Source: Gemmatales bacterium
Lineage (GTDB): Bacteria; Planctomycetota; Planctomycetia; Gemmatales; HRBIN36
Assembly (NCBI GenBank): GCA_047602475.1
Contig: JASGHE010000006.1
Span: forward strand, 632,051-696,050
DNA: 64,000 nucleotides
Direction of reading: 5' to 3'
Shown: one piece after another, positions 9,121-19,784 of the stretch
Numbering within the stretch: the stretch's first letter is position 1
Layout: each line of letters begins with the position of its first letter
Position numbers and translations under genes: made by a program
The notes under the pieces: model-generated
What the model was told of the DNA's origin: nothing
The model's input: only the letters and a program-made list of their open reading frames with translations
Databases searched by the model: none

Positions 9121-10653
9121 TTACTTGGCCCCTTTCCCCACTTCTGAAGCAGATCGATACGGTTCCAAAGGCGACTCGGCAGGGCCGGCAAAGACTTCTC
9201 CTCTAGCTCGAAAACGGGAACCATGGCAAGGACAATCCCAGGTCTTTTCACTTTGATTCCAACGAACGATGCAACCCAGATGAGTACAAACAGGGCTGAG
9301 TAAGGTCAACTTTCCCTGCTCGTCTTTGAATGCAGCAACTCGATTGCCTTCCATTTCCAGTATTTTTCCCTGGCCTGACGCAAGATGATCAGGTGATTCC
9401 GCTTCGCTTTTCTTCAAACGATCTTTGATCAGATAGTAGGGGAAGTCGGCATTCTCTTTCATGTAATTCCAGATGGCGCTGAGCTTCTTACGACTGGGAT
9501 CAAAGAGGTCTTTCCATGGATTACTTCGTCCCCGTGCAGCATCACAAGCCATCAAGGCTGCGACTGTGCCGAAGGTCAAGCCGTTTCCCGAATACCCAGT
9601 AGCGATGAATTGCTTGTCCGCAATCTCCCCGATATATGGCAGCCCATCTACCGACTCGACTACCTGCCCAGACCAACGAGCTTTCACATGTGCAGTTGGC
9701 ACATACTTCTGCAACAGCCTCTCCAACTGCTGATAGCGTTCGTTGGCGTTCACTTCCTGCCCGGTCTTATGATCGAGGCCGCCGAAAATGGCATACTCTT
9801 TTCCCTGATCCTTTTCGAGGCGGAGAAAGTAGTAGGGATCGCTGGTATCCCAGAAAAGTGCATCAGGAACTGAGCCGGGGGACACCTCAGCACTGATGAC
9901 GTAGCTGGTGTAAGGGGCAATTTTGGTTTGAAACAGCGTGGCGTCAAAGAGGCTATTGTTCCCCTGAAGAGGGACATCGGTGGCGATCACCAGATAGTCG
10001 AAAGTGACTTTGAAGCCGTTGGCTTTGACATGGAAGGGCTTTTGAGAAAACTCGGTGATCTCGGTGTTTTCAAAGACCTGACATCCATCGCCGGGTATGC
10101 GTTTCAACAACCCTTGCAGATACTTCAGTGGGTGAAAGCGAGCTTGATTGGGAACGCGAATGCCCGGCTTGTGGACCAAGGGCACTGATTGAAGGTAGAC
10201 AGCCTCAATGCCTAATTCTACAGCGGCTTTCAGATCAGCTTCAAGGTCCTTGGATTCCTCCTCGGTCTGAGTCAGCGATGCATGAAGGAATCCCGGAACA
10301 CGGGCAAAATGACATTCAATACTCTCCTTCGCGCAGTTTGCTTCGACAGTATCAATGGCTAAAACCCCGGCATCCATGACGGCCTGCGCATGATCTTTCC
10401 CCAGCTTGTGCAGGAGCTTGCTTAGCCGCAGATCGGTGATGCATGTCAAGTGAGCTGAAGTATGTCCGGTATTGACTGAACCGCAACGGTCTTTTTCGAT
10501 CAATCCAACTCGAAGGCCAGCTTCCTTCATGACATAGGCAGTCGAGATGCCGGTATTGCCGCCTCCGATTACCAGAACATCAAAATGAGCGTTCTTCTGA
10601 AGTGGTGGGAACTCAGCCAATTTCTCGCGTAACCATGGTGATGTAGAAGGCAC
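9121..10653 (-). CDS. FAD-dependent oxidoreductase with C-terminal Rieske 2Fe-2S domain (YhfW-like)
   Basis: IGGGNTG dinucleotide motif; CTHLGC and CPCHGS Rieske motifs. Sigma54-type motif at 10701-10716. Confidence 0.92.
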   Translation of the reverse strand: MPSTSPWLREKLAEFPPLQKNAHFDVLVIGGGNTGISTAYVMKEAGLRVGLIEKDRCGSVNTGHTSAHLTCITDLRLSKLLHKLGKDHAQAVMDAGVLAIDTVEANCAKESIECHFARVPGFLHASLTQTEEESKDLEADLKAAVELGIEAVYLQSVPLVHKPGIRVPNQARFHPLKYLQGLLKRIPGDGCQVFENTEITEFSQKPFHVKANGFKVTFDYLVIATDVPLQGNNSLFDATLFQTKIAPYTSYVISAEVSPGSVPDALFWDTSDPYYFLRLEKDQGKEYAIFGGLDHKTGQEVNANERYQQLERLLQKYVPTAHVKARWSGQVVESVDGLPYIGEIADKQFIATGYSGNGLTFGTVAALMACDAARGRSNPWKDLFDPSRKKLSAIWNYMKENADFPYYLIKDRLKKSEAESPDHLASGQGKILEMEGNRVAAFKDEQGKLTLLSPVCTHLGCIVRWNQSEKTWDCPCHGSRFRARGEVFAGPAESPLEPYRSASEVGKGAK

Positions 10654-10757
10654 GACAGCCTCCCCTGGATAAGGTACATGGGATTGAACCTTCTTGATTT
10701 GGCAAACGAGATGCCTTACCAGCGTAATGCAACACGCTGACGAGATTTTTCATCAGC

Positions 10758-10904
10758 TTACTTGGCTCCAGGAATCTTGATGTTATCTGTAGGTGGAGCA
10801 TTCAGCGTACCACCTCCTGGAACACTCAGTGGTGGATTACTTGGAGTTGGCTTTCCTGAGCATCCCAACAGAGCGGCGCACACGATTAGAAAGAAGATTC
10901 GCAT
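10758..10904 (-). CDS. 48-aa Pro-rich lipoprotein
   Basis: Not in ORF track. MRIFFLIVCAALLG-CSGKPTPSNPP... has a lipobox; TGATG coupling to the mocA stop. Confidence 0.6.
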   Translation of the reverse strand: MRIFFLIVCAALLGCSGKPTPSNPPLSVPGGGTLNAPPTDNIKIPGAK

Positions 10905-11506
10905 CAGACTACTCCTGAGAAGATTCTCGCTTGAGATAACTGAAGAGGATCATCAATATCCAAGGCGGCGTTCACCATGGGAATATTGATCAGTTCATCT
11001 GGTGGGAAAGAGCGAAGAATATGTCGTGCTCCTTCATCGCCTGTGAGTTTCATTGTGTTATGAAAACTGGATCGGGGCAGGATAACGGGTGGGCCATAGT
11101 ACTTTTCAAAGTGAGCACGGCACGCTTTTCTACCACCGCTTCTTATCCAAAATTGATAAACATCTTGAAGATCATCGCTGGTAATGGCGTACTGATCCCC
11201 AAGTACTACGAGTAATCCCGAAGCATCTGAATCCATTGCCACTTGAGTGACGCAGCGCAGGGAAGAGGCCATCCCTTCTTGCCATTGCTCGTTGAAAAAT
11301 ATCGTCAACGGAAGATCAGCAATGGATTGCTCACAGACTTTGGCATGACTGCCTAGAACGACGAAGACAGGGCCTATACTTGCCTCTAAAGCGATCCGGC
11401 ATTGACGGTAGAGCAGGCACTCGTCATTCACGGTGACAAGTTGTTTAGGCTGCCCCAGACGTCGAGAGCCTCCGGCAGCCAGGATGGCGAGAATGATATC
11501 AGGCAT
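10904..11506 (-). CDS. mocA: Molybdenum cofactor cytidylyltransferase-like nucleotidyltransferase
   Basis: LAAGGSRRLGQPKQL, GMASSL, GDQ, GDEGAR, DID; lies in the XDH-type operon. Confidence 0.85.
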   Translation of the reverse strand: MPDIILAILAAGGSRRLGQPKQLVTVNDECLLYRQCRIALEASIGPVFVVLGSHAKVCEQSIADLPLTIFFNEQWQEGMASSLRCVTQVAMDSDASGLLVVLGDQYAITSDDLQDVYQFWIRSGGRKACRAHFEKYYGPPVILPRSSFHNTMKLTGDEGARHILRSFPPDELINIPMVNAALDIDDPLQLSQARIFSGVV

Positions 11507-12620
11507 GAGAAGCGCTCAGCTCAAATCGATGGTGGTCTATGGGGAAGCTATTCATCTCAAGAACAGGGTCGGAGATCTTGTCGTTCATCACGGCCAGGAT
11601 TTCCGAGACGATGGAAACAGCAATACCGGTAGCACTTCGATCACCTAGATCGAAGCCGACGGGGCCGTGAAGCTTCTCCAATAGTTCATAGGGAAGAGGT
11701 TTAATCGTACCCGCTTCTCGGATGAGTTGCTGTTTTCGTTTGACGGGACCCAGCACGCCTACATAGCGACAACACTTGTCAGCAAGCAATGACAGTAACT
11801 CGACATCATCCGGAAAACTATGAGTCATGATCACCACAACTGTCTGTTGGTTAAAAGAGATGAGTTGGAGCGCATGCCACCAATCCGAGGTAATCAGATG
11901 GTTGGCTTCCGGAAATCGTGTTATCGTTGCCAACCCTGCTCTACAATCGGCCACGGTAACGTGCCAATCCAGATCATGAGCCAAACGGCAAAGAGGGATC
12001 GCATCGTCACGGGCCCCAAAAATGACGAGCCTGGTCATCGGCTGTATGTATTCGCACAAAGCACGACATGAGTTAGGCAAAGAATAGACCTTGCTCTGTT
12101 TTCTTTCCATCGTTTGATAAGCCAGCTGATGAAAAGGCCTTTTCAAAACCGACAATGTGTTCGCATCGCCCAGATTTCGCTGAACGGATTGAACCTCGCC
12201 ATTCGTCTCACTGATCAAGCATGATGCAATCGTTGGCTCATCACTTTCATGAGCGGAATAGTATTGATGCAGAAAACTGTAGTGTTCGAACCTGATCGAT
12301 TCACAAAGAATCTCAATCGTTCCACCACATCCGGTTTGAGGATTACCTTCATCTCTATCAAGGCCCGTCGAAAGCGATAACATGGTCGCCGGCACATGGG
12401 TGGTCAGTTGCCATCCTTGTTGGGCAACATATTTTTCAAGACATCCTCCGCTTATCCCGCCAGCACGGTAAGCCGAGCCATATCCGCTTACCATCATGGA
12501 GCCGAGCGGCTTGTAGCTTGATCCGTGAACTGAAAATAGCGTCGACAGTACGGCTCTTTCTCCAATCGAATGAAGTTTGTCAGCTAGTTCAACCATATCT
12601 TTACATTCAAACCTAGTCAT
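11499..12620 (-). CDS. xdhC: XdhC/CoxI Moco insertion chaperone (PaoD-like)
   Basis: GGISGGCLE, GCGG, MTHS, YVGVLGP, GPVGFDLG. Confidence 0.9.
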   Translation of the reverse strand: MTRFECKDMVELADKLHSIGERAVLSTLFSVHGSSYKPLGSMMVSGYGSAYRAGGISGGCLEKYVAQQGWQLTTHVPATMLSLSTGLDRDEGNPQTGCGGTIEILCESIRFEHYSFLHQYYSAHESDEPTIASCLISETNGEVQSVQRNLGDANTLSVLKRPFHQLAYQTMERKQSKVYSLPNSCRALCEYIQPMTRLVIFGARDDAIPLCRLAHDLDWHVTVADCRAGLATITRFPEANHLITSDWWHALQLISFNQQTVVVIMTHSFPDDVELLSLLADKCCRYVGVLGPVKRKQQLIREAGTIKPLPYELLEKLHGPVGFDLGDRSATGIAVSIVSEILAVMNDKISDPVLEMNSFPIDHHRFELSASHA

Positions 12621-12628
12621 GAGGCAGA

Positions 12629-14912
12629 CTACTTTCCGAGTAGATGTTCAATCTTGATGGGAAGCTTGCGAACCCGTACTCCGGTGGCATGATAGACAGC
12701 ATTGGCAATGGCTGCTGCTGTTCCCGCCAGCCCGATCTCGCCAATACCTCGTGCTCCAAACTCGTTTAGATGAGTGTCAGGATAATCCAGGAAATGCACT
12801 TCCAGTTTGGGCACATCAGCATGCGTGGCAACCAGATCATCGGCGAGGTTGGCATTCATGGAAGCGCCTTGACGCTGGTCATATTGTGTTTCTTCCAGCA
12901 ACGCCATTCCGATTCCCATCACGACCGCTCCTTCAATCTGATTACGTCCGGGCAGAGGATTGAGGATTCTGCCGGCATCAATTACTGTGAGAACACGGCT
13001 GACTCTCAGACGCGCGATTTCGGGTTGCCAGGTGACTTCCACAAAGTGTGCTCCGTAGGAATTACTGGAGACCTTGGGTTTCTCTTTCCCCATCGTGGAT
13101 GCTGAAAAACCACGACCAGTAATCAACTTTTGTTTGGCATGTTTAAGCACATCTGCAAACCACATCCCTTTCTGTGCAGGCTCCCCTTTGACATGGACGT
13201 GACCGTTTGTGAATGCTAGCCCATCGGGCTTATGACTGGTATACTTGACCTTCGCAGCAGTGTTGATGAGTGTTTCAACAGCCTTTGCCACAGCTTCGCA
13301 AACCGCAGGGATGACCGAGGCGGTCACCATCGACCCACCCGAGATGGGTCCAGCGGGCAGATTCGTATCTCCTAAATCCACATGAACTTTTTCGACGGTG
13401 ATACCTAGCTTCTCAGCTGCTACTTGGGCCAGGATGGTATAAGTGCCGGTGCCGATATCCTGCGTACCACAGGCGACTCTGGCGGTGCCGTCGTCACGGA
13501 GTTCGACAGCAGCATGGCAAGGAAATCGCTGTGCCTGCCAGGTCGCAGCAGCCATCCCCCAACCGAGAGTCAGTCCACCTCGCTTCATGGAGCCCACCAT
13601 AGGAGTACGCTTTGACCAACCAAACGTGTCCATTCCAGTATTGAAGCATTCCTTCAAATGACGTGAGGAGAAGGGCACATTCAAACCTTCGTCGATCTTG
13701 GGTTCGTTCAGAAGCCGGAGTTGGACCGGATCCATATGCAGTTTGATGGCTAGCTCATCCATCGCCGATTCCAGAGCAAAAAGCCCTGGAACAGCTCCGG
13801 GGCCTCGCATGGCGGTTGGAGTTCCGACATTTCGACGTGCCAGACTGGATGTGATGCGAAGGTTTGGTGTGCTATACATGTGGGCTGTCGCTTCGCCACA
13901 ATCTTCCTTATAGTCGTCCAGGATTGATGTGTGATTAATGTAATCTTGTTGGAGCGATGTCAGTTTGCCTTCTGGTAAGGCACTTAAACGGATTCGTTGC
14001 TGAGTAACCGGCCGATGCCCAACATTGGCAAACATCATCCGTCGGCTGATGACTAGCTTGACCGGCTTGTTCAAATGGCGTGCTGCAGCGGCAGCAAGTA
14101 GGGAGTGAGGCCAGGGCCATAACTACCCCGAAGCCTGAACCGAGAAACTTGGAAATGACTCGTACTTGTTCTTTGGGAACACCCAGGATCTGCGCCATGA
14201 CCGTCTGGTGATTCACTACCGCCTGAGTGGCCTCATACAACGTGAAAGCCTGGCCATCCCAGACCGCTACCGTCGAATGCAATTCGATGGGATTATGTGT
14301 TTCAACAGGGGTCCCATAGGTATAGTCAATCTTGATGTCTGACTCGGCAAACGCTTTGGCGGCATGGCCCCGTTCACTGTCTACTTTCTCCTTCGGGCCG
14401 TTCTTCTTGTCTGCTTCTGCTTTCTGAGGTGATCCGCGCTTCTCGGGAGCTTGTTCTTCAGGGCCCAACTGCTCCGTCACATTGGGCTTTCGTTCCAGGT
14501 ACTTGACTCTTACCGCATGGGCACCAGCCGTTGCCTGTTCCAAGGTATCAGCAACTACTAACGCTATATACTGTCCGTAGTAACGAATAATATTATCTTC
14601 GAAAGGAGGACGCTTTTCGTCGATCAATGCTGTCTCACCAGAGAAATCGGGATTCACGGCGACACGGTAGAGTTTTCCGATGTTCTTGTGATGTAATACC
14701 ACACGAACGCCCGGCATTTTTTCAGCGGTCTGCACCTCCATGGATTGGATTTCGCCGTTCGCCACAGTGCTTCCCACAGGAACGGCGAAGAGCATGCCCG
14801 GGAAATGGTAGTCGGAGGCATACATGGCCTTGCCCGTGACTTTGAGCGGACCATCAATGCGGGAGCGTGCCTTGCCAATCACAGATGGGGTAGCCATTGA
14901 TATCTCTGACAT
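12629..14912 (-). CDS. paoC: Aldehyde oxidoreductase/xanthine dehydrogenase molybdopterin subunit, frameshifted near 14125
   Basis: The two ORFs join at GSGFG(GKLWPW). Motifs RIDGPLKVTG, MRGPG, QDIGTG, GIGEIG. Confidence 0.85.
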
Positions 14913-14933
14913 GTGAAATTCTCCCTCACGGAC

Positions 14934-15938
14934 TTACTCGGTTCGCGATGCCAGAGTCAGGGCTTGAACCAGGCATCGTTTCGCGAGTTCAATCTTGAAG
15001 CCGTTTTCACTTTGAGGCTGAGCGTTTTGTAACGCAGCCTCTGCCGCTTTACGAAAGTTCTCTGCAGACAGTGTTTCACCCAACAAGACCTTTTCAGCTT
15101 CCGTTGATCGCCAGGGTTTGGTGCCCACGCCACCCAGGGCGATTCTTACATGGGTGCATTTGTTTTCTTTGGATGCCAATACTACAGCTGCGGAGGCAAG
15201 GGCAAATTCGTACGATGCACGATCACGCAGTTTCAAATAGACGGAACGGCTGCCAGGGACGGGCGGAGGAAGTGTCACATGAGTAATCAAGTCGCCGGGT
15301 TCCAATATCGTCTCACGTTCTGGAGTATTGCCGGGCAGCAAGTGAAACTCGGCAATCGGCACAACTCTCTTTCCCTGGGAGCCCGTGATATGGATCCTGG
15401 CTTCCAGGGCGGCTAAGGCAACGTTCATGTCAGAAGGATTCGTGGCGATACAGTGATCGCTGGTACCAAGAACGGCCAGGCTTCGATTGTTACCGTGAAT
15501 GGCGTAACATCCAGAACCCGGAACTCGCTTGTTACAAGGCGAGGCTGTATCACGAAAATACATACATCGGGTGCGCTGAAGCAGGTTGCCAGCTGTTGTT
15601 GCTACGTTGCGTATCTGTGCGGATGCACCACTGAGAATAGCCTGGGAAAGCACGGCATAATCTCGACGGACACGCTCATGCCGGGCAAGGGCAGAGTTCC
15701 TAACAGTGGCACCAATTTGCAAGCCCCCGTCTTGGGTAGCTTCGATCTTATCGAGAGGCAAGCGGTTAATATCAACCACCCGGGCAGGTTGCTCGACATT
15801 CAGTTTCATCAAGTCAATTAATGTAGTGCCTCCAGCCAGCAACCGTACGTTTGCTCCCTGTTGCGCAGTTTTCGATTTAGCGGTAGCTGCGATGACAGAG
15901 TTCATGTCAGCAGCTCTTGTAAACTCGAAAGTCTGCAT
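14934..15938 (-). CDS. paoB: FAD-binding subunit of PaoABC
   Basis: AGGTTLIDLMK, QIRNVATTAGN, RCMYFRD...CNKR...GC 4Fe-4S insertion, RDRASYEFA. Confidence 0.9.
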   Translation of the reverse strand: MQTFEFTRAADMNSVIAATAKSKTAQQGANVRLLAGGTTLIDLMKLNVEQPARVVDINRLPLDKIEATQDGGLQIGATVRNSALARHERVRRDYAVLSQAILSGASAQIRNVATTAGNLLQRTRCMYFRDTASPCNKRVPGSGCYAIHGNNRSLAVLGTSDHCIATNPSDMNVALAALEARIHITGSQGKRVVPIAEFHLLPGNTPERETILEPGDLITHVTLPPPVPGSRSVYLKLRDRASYEFALASAAVVLASKENKCTHVRIALGGVGTKPWRSTEAEKVLLGETLSAENFRKAAEAALQNAQPQSENGFKIELAKRCLVQALTLASRTE

Positions 15939-15954
15939 GGGAATGCTCCTCGCC

Positions 15955-16557
15955 CTATGTGTTCTTGCGAATGCTCTGAATGGCTTGCACAATGTTGGGA
16001 TAGGCTCCGCAACGACAAATATTGCCACTCATCTGTTCCTTTACATCTTCATCCGTTGGTCCGCACTGCTCCTTGAGTAGTGCAACTGCAGACATAATCT
16101 GCCCGGAAGTACAATAGCCACATTGATAACCATCGCAGGCAACAAATGCCTCCTGCATCGGATGCATTGCTTCGGAACTTCCTAGGCCTTCGATGGTCGT
16201 TATCTCATCTCCTTCATGAGTCAACGCCAGGCTTAGGCAGGAATTCACCCGTAGCCCATTCACATGAACAGTACAGGCGCCACACTGCCCGTGGTCACAT
16301 CCTTTCTTGGTGCCGATCAATTGCAGGGTTTCTCTAAGACAATCGAGCAAGGTCGTTCTGGGGTCGAGGGCAAGATTGTGATCGTGACCGTTTACGCGCA
16401 ACCGGAGTTGCAGGGTGTTTATGGAATGTGTTTGCTTTGATTGACTAGATGAAGGTGCAGCCCCCATGGCACCGATGACTCCTATTCCCGTTGTTGATAG
16501 GAAACAACGTCTGTCGGGTTCATGAGCGGTATTCTTGTGTTCAAGATCAGAGGCCAT
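15955..16557 (-). CDS. paoA: 2x[2Fe-2S] subunit of PaoABC with Tat-like signal
   Basis: GCDHGQCGAC, QCGYC, CRC; N-terminal DRRCFL. Confidence 0.9.
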   Translation of the reverse strand: MASDLEHKNTAHEPDRRCFLSTTGIGVIGAMGAAPSSSQSKQTHSINTLQLRLRVNGHDHNLALDPRTTLLDCLRETLQLIGTKKGCDHGQCGACTVHVNGLRVNSCLSLALTHEGDEITTIEGLGSSEAMHPMQEAFVACDGYQCGYCTSGQIMSAVALLKEQCGPTDEDVKEQMSGNICRCGAYPNIVQAIQSIRKNT

Positions 16558-16609
16558 GTTCTATCCCCCGACTTAAATGGATAGGCCTGAAATAAGAGGC
16601 TGTTTGCTT

Positions 16610-16625
16610 TGCAAAGGACGTGCCA
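16610..16625 (-). promoter_or_regulatory. sigma54-type promoter of the pao operon
   Basis: TGGCACGTCCTTTGCA matches TGGCAC-N5-TTGC exactly, about 50 bp upstream of paoA. Confidence 0.75.
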
Positions 16626-16746
16626 GTAACAATTAGAGGCACCGAAAAAGAATGACGATGAAGCAGACTTCTTTGGTGCATAGTCGTTAGGCAACGAGCT
16701 TGCCAACTTGAAGCATGAACATGCTCGACCAGACAACAGCCAGTTA

Positions 16747-17217
16747 TCAGAGCTTATCCTTCTCAAACTGTTCCTTGAGATCAGCAAGCATCTGCTCCAG
16801 AAAATGGATCAGCCTTTTCTGCTGATTCCTCAAACTGCTGCTCCATTGCGCATGATCAGCACGTTTATGGGCGAGTTTGAACTTGAGACCTGTCAGATTA
16901 GTTGAGTAATCATTGGCATTAAGCTTTTTGACGTTTTGGTGTGCGAGGATGTACCAATGATACTCGGTTCCTACGGGCACACCTGAACCTTCAGGAGCCC
17001 TGCCGGCCCGGCGCTTTTTAACTGCATACTCGATTCGCCATTCATCTGGAGTCAACTTGGTTTCTTTCCATTCGCCTTTGTCGTAGTACCACTTATGGCT
17101 CCGGCCTATTTTCATTCCTGTGTAACGCTTCCCCTCGTATTCCTTGAATTGATCGTACGGGACGGAGATCGTTTCCCGGGGAATCTTTCGTTTCTTTGCT
17201 GACGTAGCAGTAGGCAT
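16747..17217 (-). CDS. Conserved basic hypothetical protein
   Basis: YTGMKIGRSHKWYY...APEGSGVPVGTEYHWYILAHQ. GGAG RBS and sigma54-type motif at 17251-17266. Confidence 0.8.
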   Translation of the reverse strand: MPTATSAKKRKIPRETISVPYDQFKEYEGKRYTGMKIGRSHKWYYDKGEWKETKLTPDEWRIEYAVKKRRAGRAPEGSGVPVGTEYHWYILAHQNVKKLNANDYSTNLTGLKFKLAHKRADHAQWSSSLRNQQKRLIHFLEQMLADLKEQFEKDKL

Positions 17218-17762
17218 GATAGGCACTCCAGATTTGCTTCCTTTTTGCGGTGCAAAGAATATGCCTGGAGTCCTATAGAAGGAGTTCACCGAAGACGGAA
17301 ATTGACAGGAATCCAGCCAGTTGGACCTTTTAATTAGGATGCTTATATGGTTGTCCGTGATAACCGCCAAATGAGGGCATTATTTGCCCAAGCGGGATTC
17401 TTTAGTCGATAGATGTTGCACGAAGAGACGGCCCGGCTGGGAAGTGGGACTGGTCAGCCCCAGCCGGGCGTTTGGATATCTCATCTCATCCAATATGAGC
17501 TTGATTCAAGCTGACCCATTTCGTCTTTATTGAGAACTAATAGTACGATCGAGACCTTTTTGACGCTGCCCTTCCTCATTTACTTTAATGACGATTTCCA
17601 AATTAACCATTCTCAGGCACAATGCCTTATCAATTACTTTTGACGTATCCATGTCAATAGATACTATTAGTGACTTACCTAAGTCAACATCTGAATAACA
17701 TGGCATAAAAACTGCCTACGAGGGTGGCCAGGCTACGATGTGTTCCTTTTGGAGGTTCTGTT

Positions 17763-18407
17763 ATGCGTTACTTCACCTTGGCCGTCATCGTGGGAACTGC
17801 TGTTCTGTCTATTCCCAGTTCAGCGAGCGCCTGTCACCGGCGCTCCTGTTGTGGAGGTTACCAGCAAGGATGGTCGGGATGCTGCGGCTACTCGGGTGGC
17901 TATGGCTGCTATGGAGGATACGGCTGTTACGGCGGGGGCGGGTGCTACGGTTCAGGTGGATATCGCGCCTGGAATGGTTCTTATTCTGGTGGCTATGCCT
18001 ACAACTACCCTTCAACCTCTTATTACAACGGCTACGCCATGCAAAGCGATCCGAACTATGGAACTGGCAGCCGCACCTCTGCTTATTATGACACTAATGG
18101 GAACGTACTCAATTCTTCTAATGGCAGGCAGGCTTTCGTCGAAGTGATCCTTCCCGATGCCAACTCAGAATTGTTTATTGAAGACCAACGAATGAATGGC
18201 GTAGGCACCATGCGATCTTTCATCTCCCCTGACTTGGAGTCTGGCAAAGACTTTACCTACACAATCAAAACGAAACGCAACGGAGTTGACGAAACAAGAA
18301 AAGTACAAGTACAAGCTGGAAGGAGGGTGACAGTTGATTTCACTAAACCTAAGTCGGACCTTGCTCCTTTGCCAAACATCAAGCAAACAAGCGATGAATC
18401 TAAGTGA
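17763..18407 (+). CDS. TIGR03000-domain secreted protein with Gly/Tyr/Cys-rich N-terminus
   Basis: Signal peptide; C-terminal RSFISPDLESGKDFTYTI...VQAGRRVTVDF. Promoter motif at 17701-17716. Confidence 0.85.
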   Translation: MRYFTLAVIVGTAVLSIPSSASACHRRSCCGGYQQGWSGCCGYSGGYGCYGGYGCYGGGGCYGSGGYRAWNGSYSGGYAYNYPSTSYYNGYAMQSDPNYGTGSRTSAYYDTNGNVLNSSNGRQAFVEVILPDANSELFIEDQRMNGVGTMRSFISPDLESGKDFTYTIKTKRNGVDETRKVQVQAGRRVTVDFTKPKSDLAPLPNIKQTSDESK

Positions 18408-18421
18408 TCGATGGAAAAACT

Positions 18422-18609
18422 AAAACAAGCCACCCAGGAGCCGGGTGGCTTGCTCGCATTCGCCCCGGAAACTGGAGCGACGCATCAGGTTTGACAGATC
18501 TTCTACTTTCTGTCAAATCCCTTCCGGTGATCAGTCACGGGCGATTCGCCCCATCAACTGAACCACTGGCTAATTGAATCGTAGCGCCGTTCTAAGCTGT
18601 CCGGCAAGT
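18422..18609 (-). ncRNA. Putative structured ncRNA, copy B (homolog of 32075-32275)
   Basis: The reverse complement aligns with 32075-32275 over about 190 nt with stem-preserving substitutions and ends in a terminator-like hairpin plus T tract. Confidence 0.6.
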
Positions 18610-18679
18610 ACTGCTTTAGATGATGGAATGAGTCGGCCAGTTGAGACTTGTGGTATCTGTTTTGCTAGACGACTGTGAC

Positions 18680-18859
18680 ATGCGAAAGATCACTGCAACC
18701 CTGTTGATTGTAATGACACTGGTTTGGGCGCTGGTGATTGGCCCCTTGGTCTGGATTTGCCGAACCAATCTCGATTTCATCTACTGGTGGGCGCCTATAC
18801 TCGTACTTTTGGTGCTTACCAGCTATTTGATGGATACGAAGCCCACTCGCTTACCCTGA
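18680..18859 (+). CDS. Small two-helix membrane protein
   Basis: MRKITATLLIVMTLVWALVIGPLVW...WWAPILVLLVLTSY; strongly hydrophobic; start uncertain. Confidence 0.4.
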   Translation: MRKITATLLIVMTLVWALVIGPLVWICRTNLDFIYWWAPILVLLVLTSYLMDTKPTRLP

Positions 18860-19541
18860 TTTTTTTAGCACCTTTCGTGCTCGTTTTGAACGGAGATTCG
18901 TCAAACCTGAGTAGTAGATCAGCTGGACTGTCGTAGATGGCAAGAGCCTTTTGAAGATCAGCATCTCTCCAACCGCCACAACGCAGCGCGACAGCATTCA
19001 ACCCCGCCCGATGGGACGCTTCAATATCGTAAGGCGTGTCTCCCAGCAAAAGAGTCTGGGAAGGCGATGCCTTAAGTTGACGGAGTGCTGCCTGGATAAT
19101 GTCCGGGTCAGGCTTTGAGCGGTTTGCATCATCGACAGATGTGCTGGTTTCGATGAATTCCTCAGCTCCACAGATCCGCAGTAGTGGTTTCAGTTCTTCT
19201 TCTTTTGCTGAACTTGCTACTGCAAGCTTGAGCCCTTCCCTTTTCATTCGATGAAGCAGTTCCTTGACGAAAGGAAACGGCTTCACAGAAGGTAAATACT
19301 CCAGTTCAAATATTTCCCCGCGCCGTTTACTGATGGCCTTTCCCTCAGAAGAGGTAGCACTGATCCCAATAGCCTCGGGAAGAAGTTTATCGCCGCCTTT
19401 CCCGATGAGCTTGCGAATAGTCGGGTAGTCGACCGGGAAACCTGCTTCGTAAATTGCCCGAAACCAAGCCCAGGCATGAGCATCATTACTATCGACTAAG
19501 GTGCCGTCCACATCCAGTAGTACACCAGCTATCTGCTGCAT
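18816..19541 (-). CDS. HAD-family hydrolase
   Basis: DVDGTLVDS, ASS, KPDPD, GDTPYD motifs. Confidence 0.92.
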   Translation of the reverse strand: MQQIAGVLLDVDGTLVDSNDAHAWAWFRAIYEAGFPVDYPTIRKLIGKGGDKLLPEAIGISATSSEGKAISKRRGEIFELEYLPSVKPFPFVKELLHRMKREGLKLAVASSAKEEELKPLLRICGAEEFIETSTSVDDANRSKPDPDIIQAALRQLKASPSQTLLLGDTPYDIEASHRAGLNAVALRCGGWRDADLQKALAIYDSPADLLLRFDESPFKTSTKGAKKIRVSEWASYPSNSW

Positions 19542-19784
19542 CTTATTCTCCCTCTCATCTGACTACGAAAAGCTCATTACCTCATCAGGCAAAATAAATA
19601 CCGATGCTGCGTTTTGTGCTCAGCATTTCTTGTTTGAAGCGGCGGGTCATATATTTTCGCAAGGATATGGCTTCGTTCTTGCTCACTTCACCAGTCTCCC
19701 GCATCTAGGGAGAAAGCAACCCTGTTCTCCGGACGAGCGGCGTTACCTGATCTAGTCCGGCTGGAGTGGCAAAGCATGACACTT

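Noticed and set aside
12629-14912. Split paoC, or programmed frameshifting in paoC, cytochrome c or ligD
   Set aside because: The breaks fall inside conserved motifs, I saw no slippery heptamers, and they fit the window-wide indel pattern.
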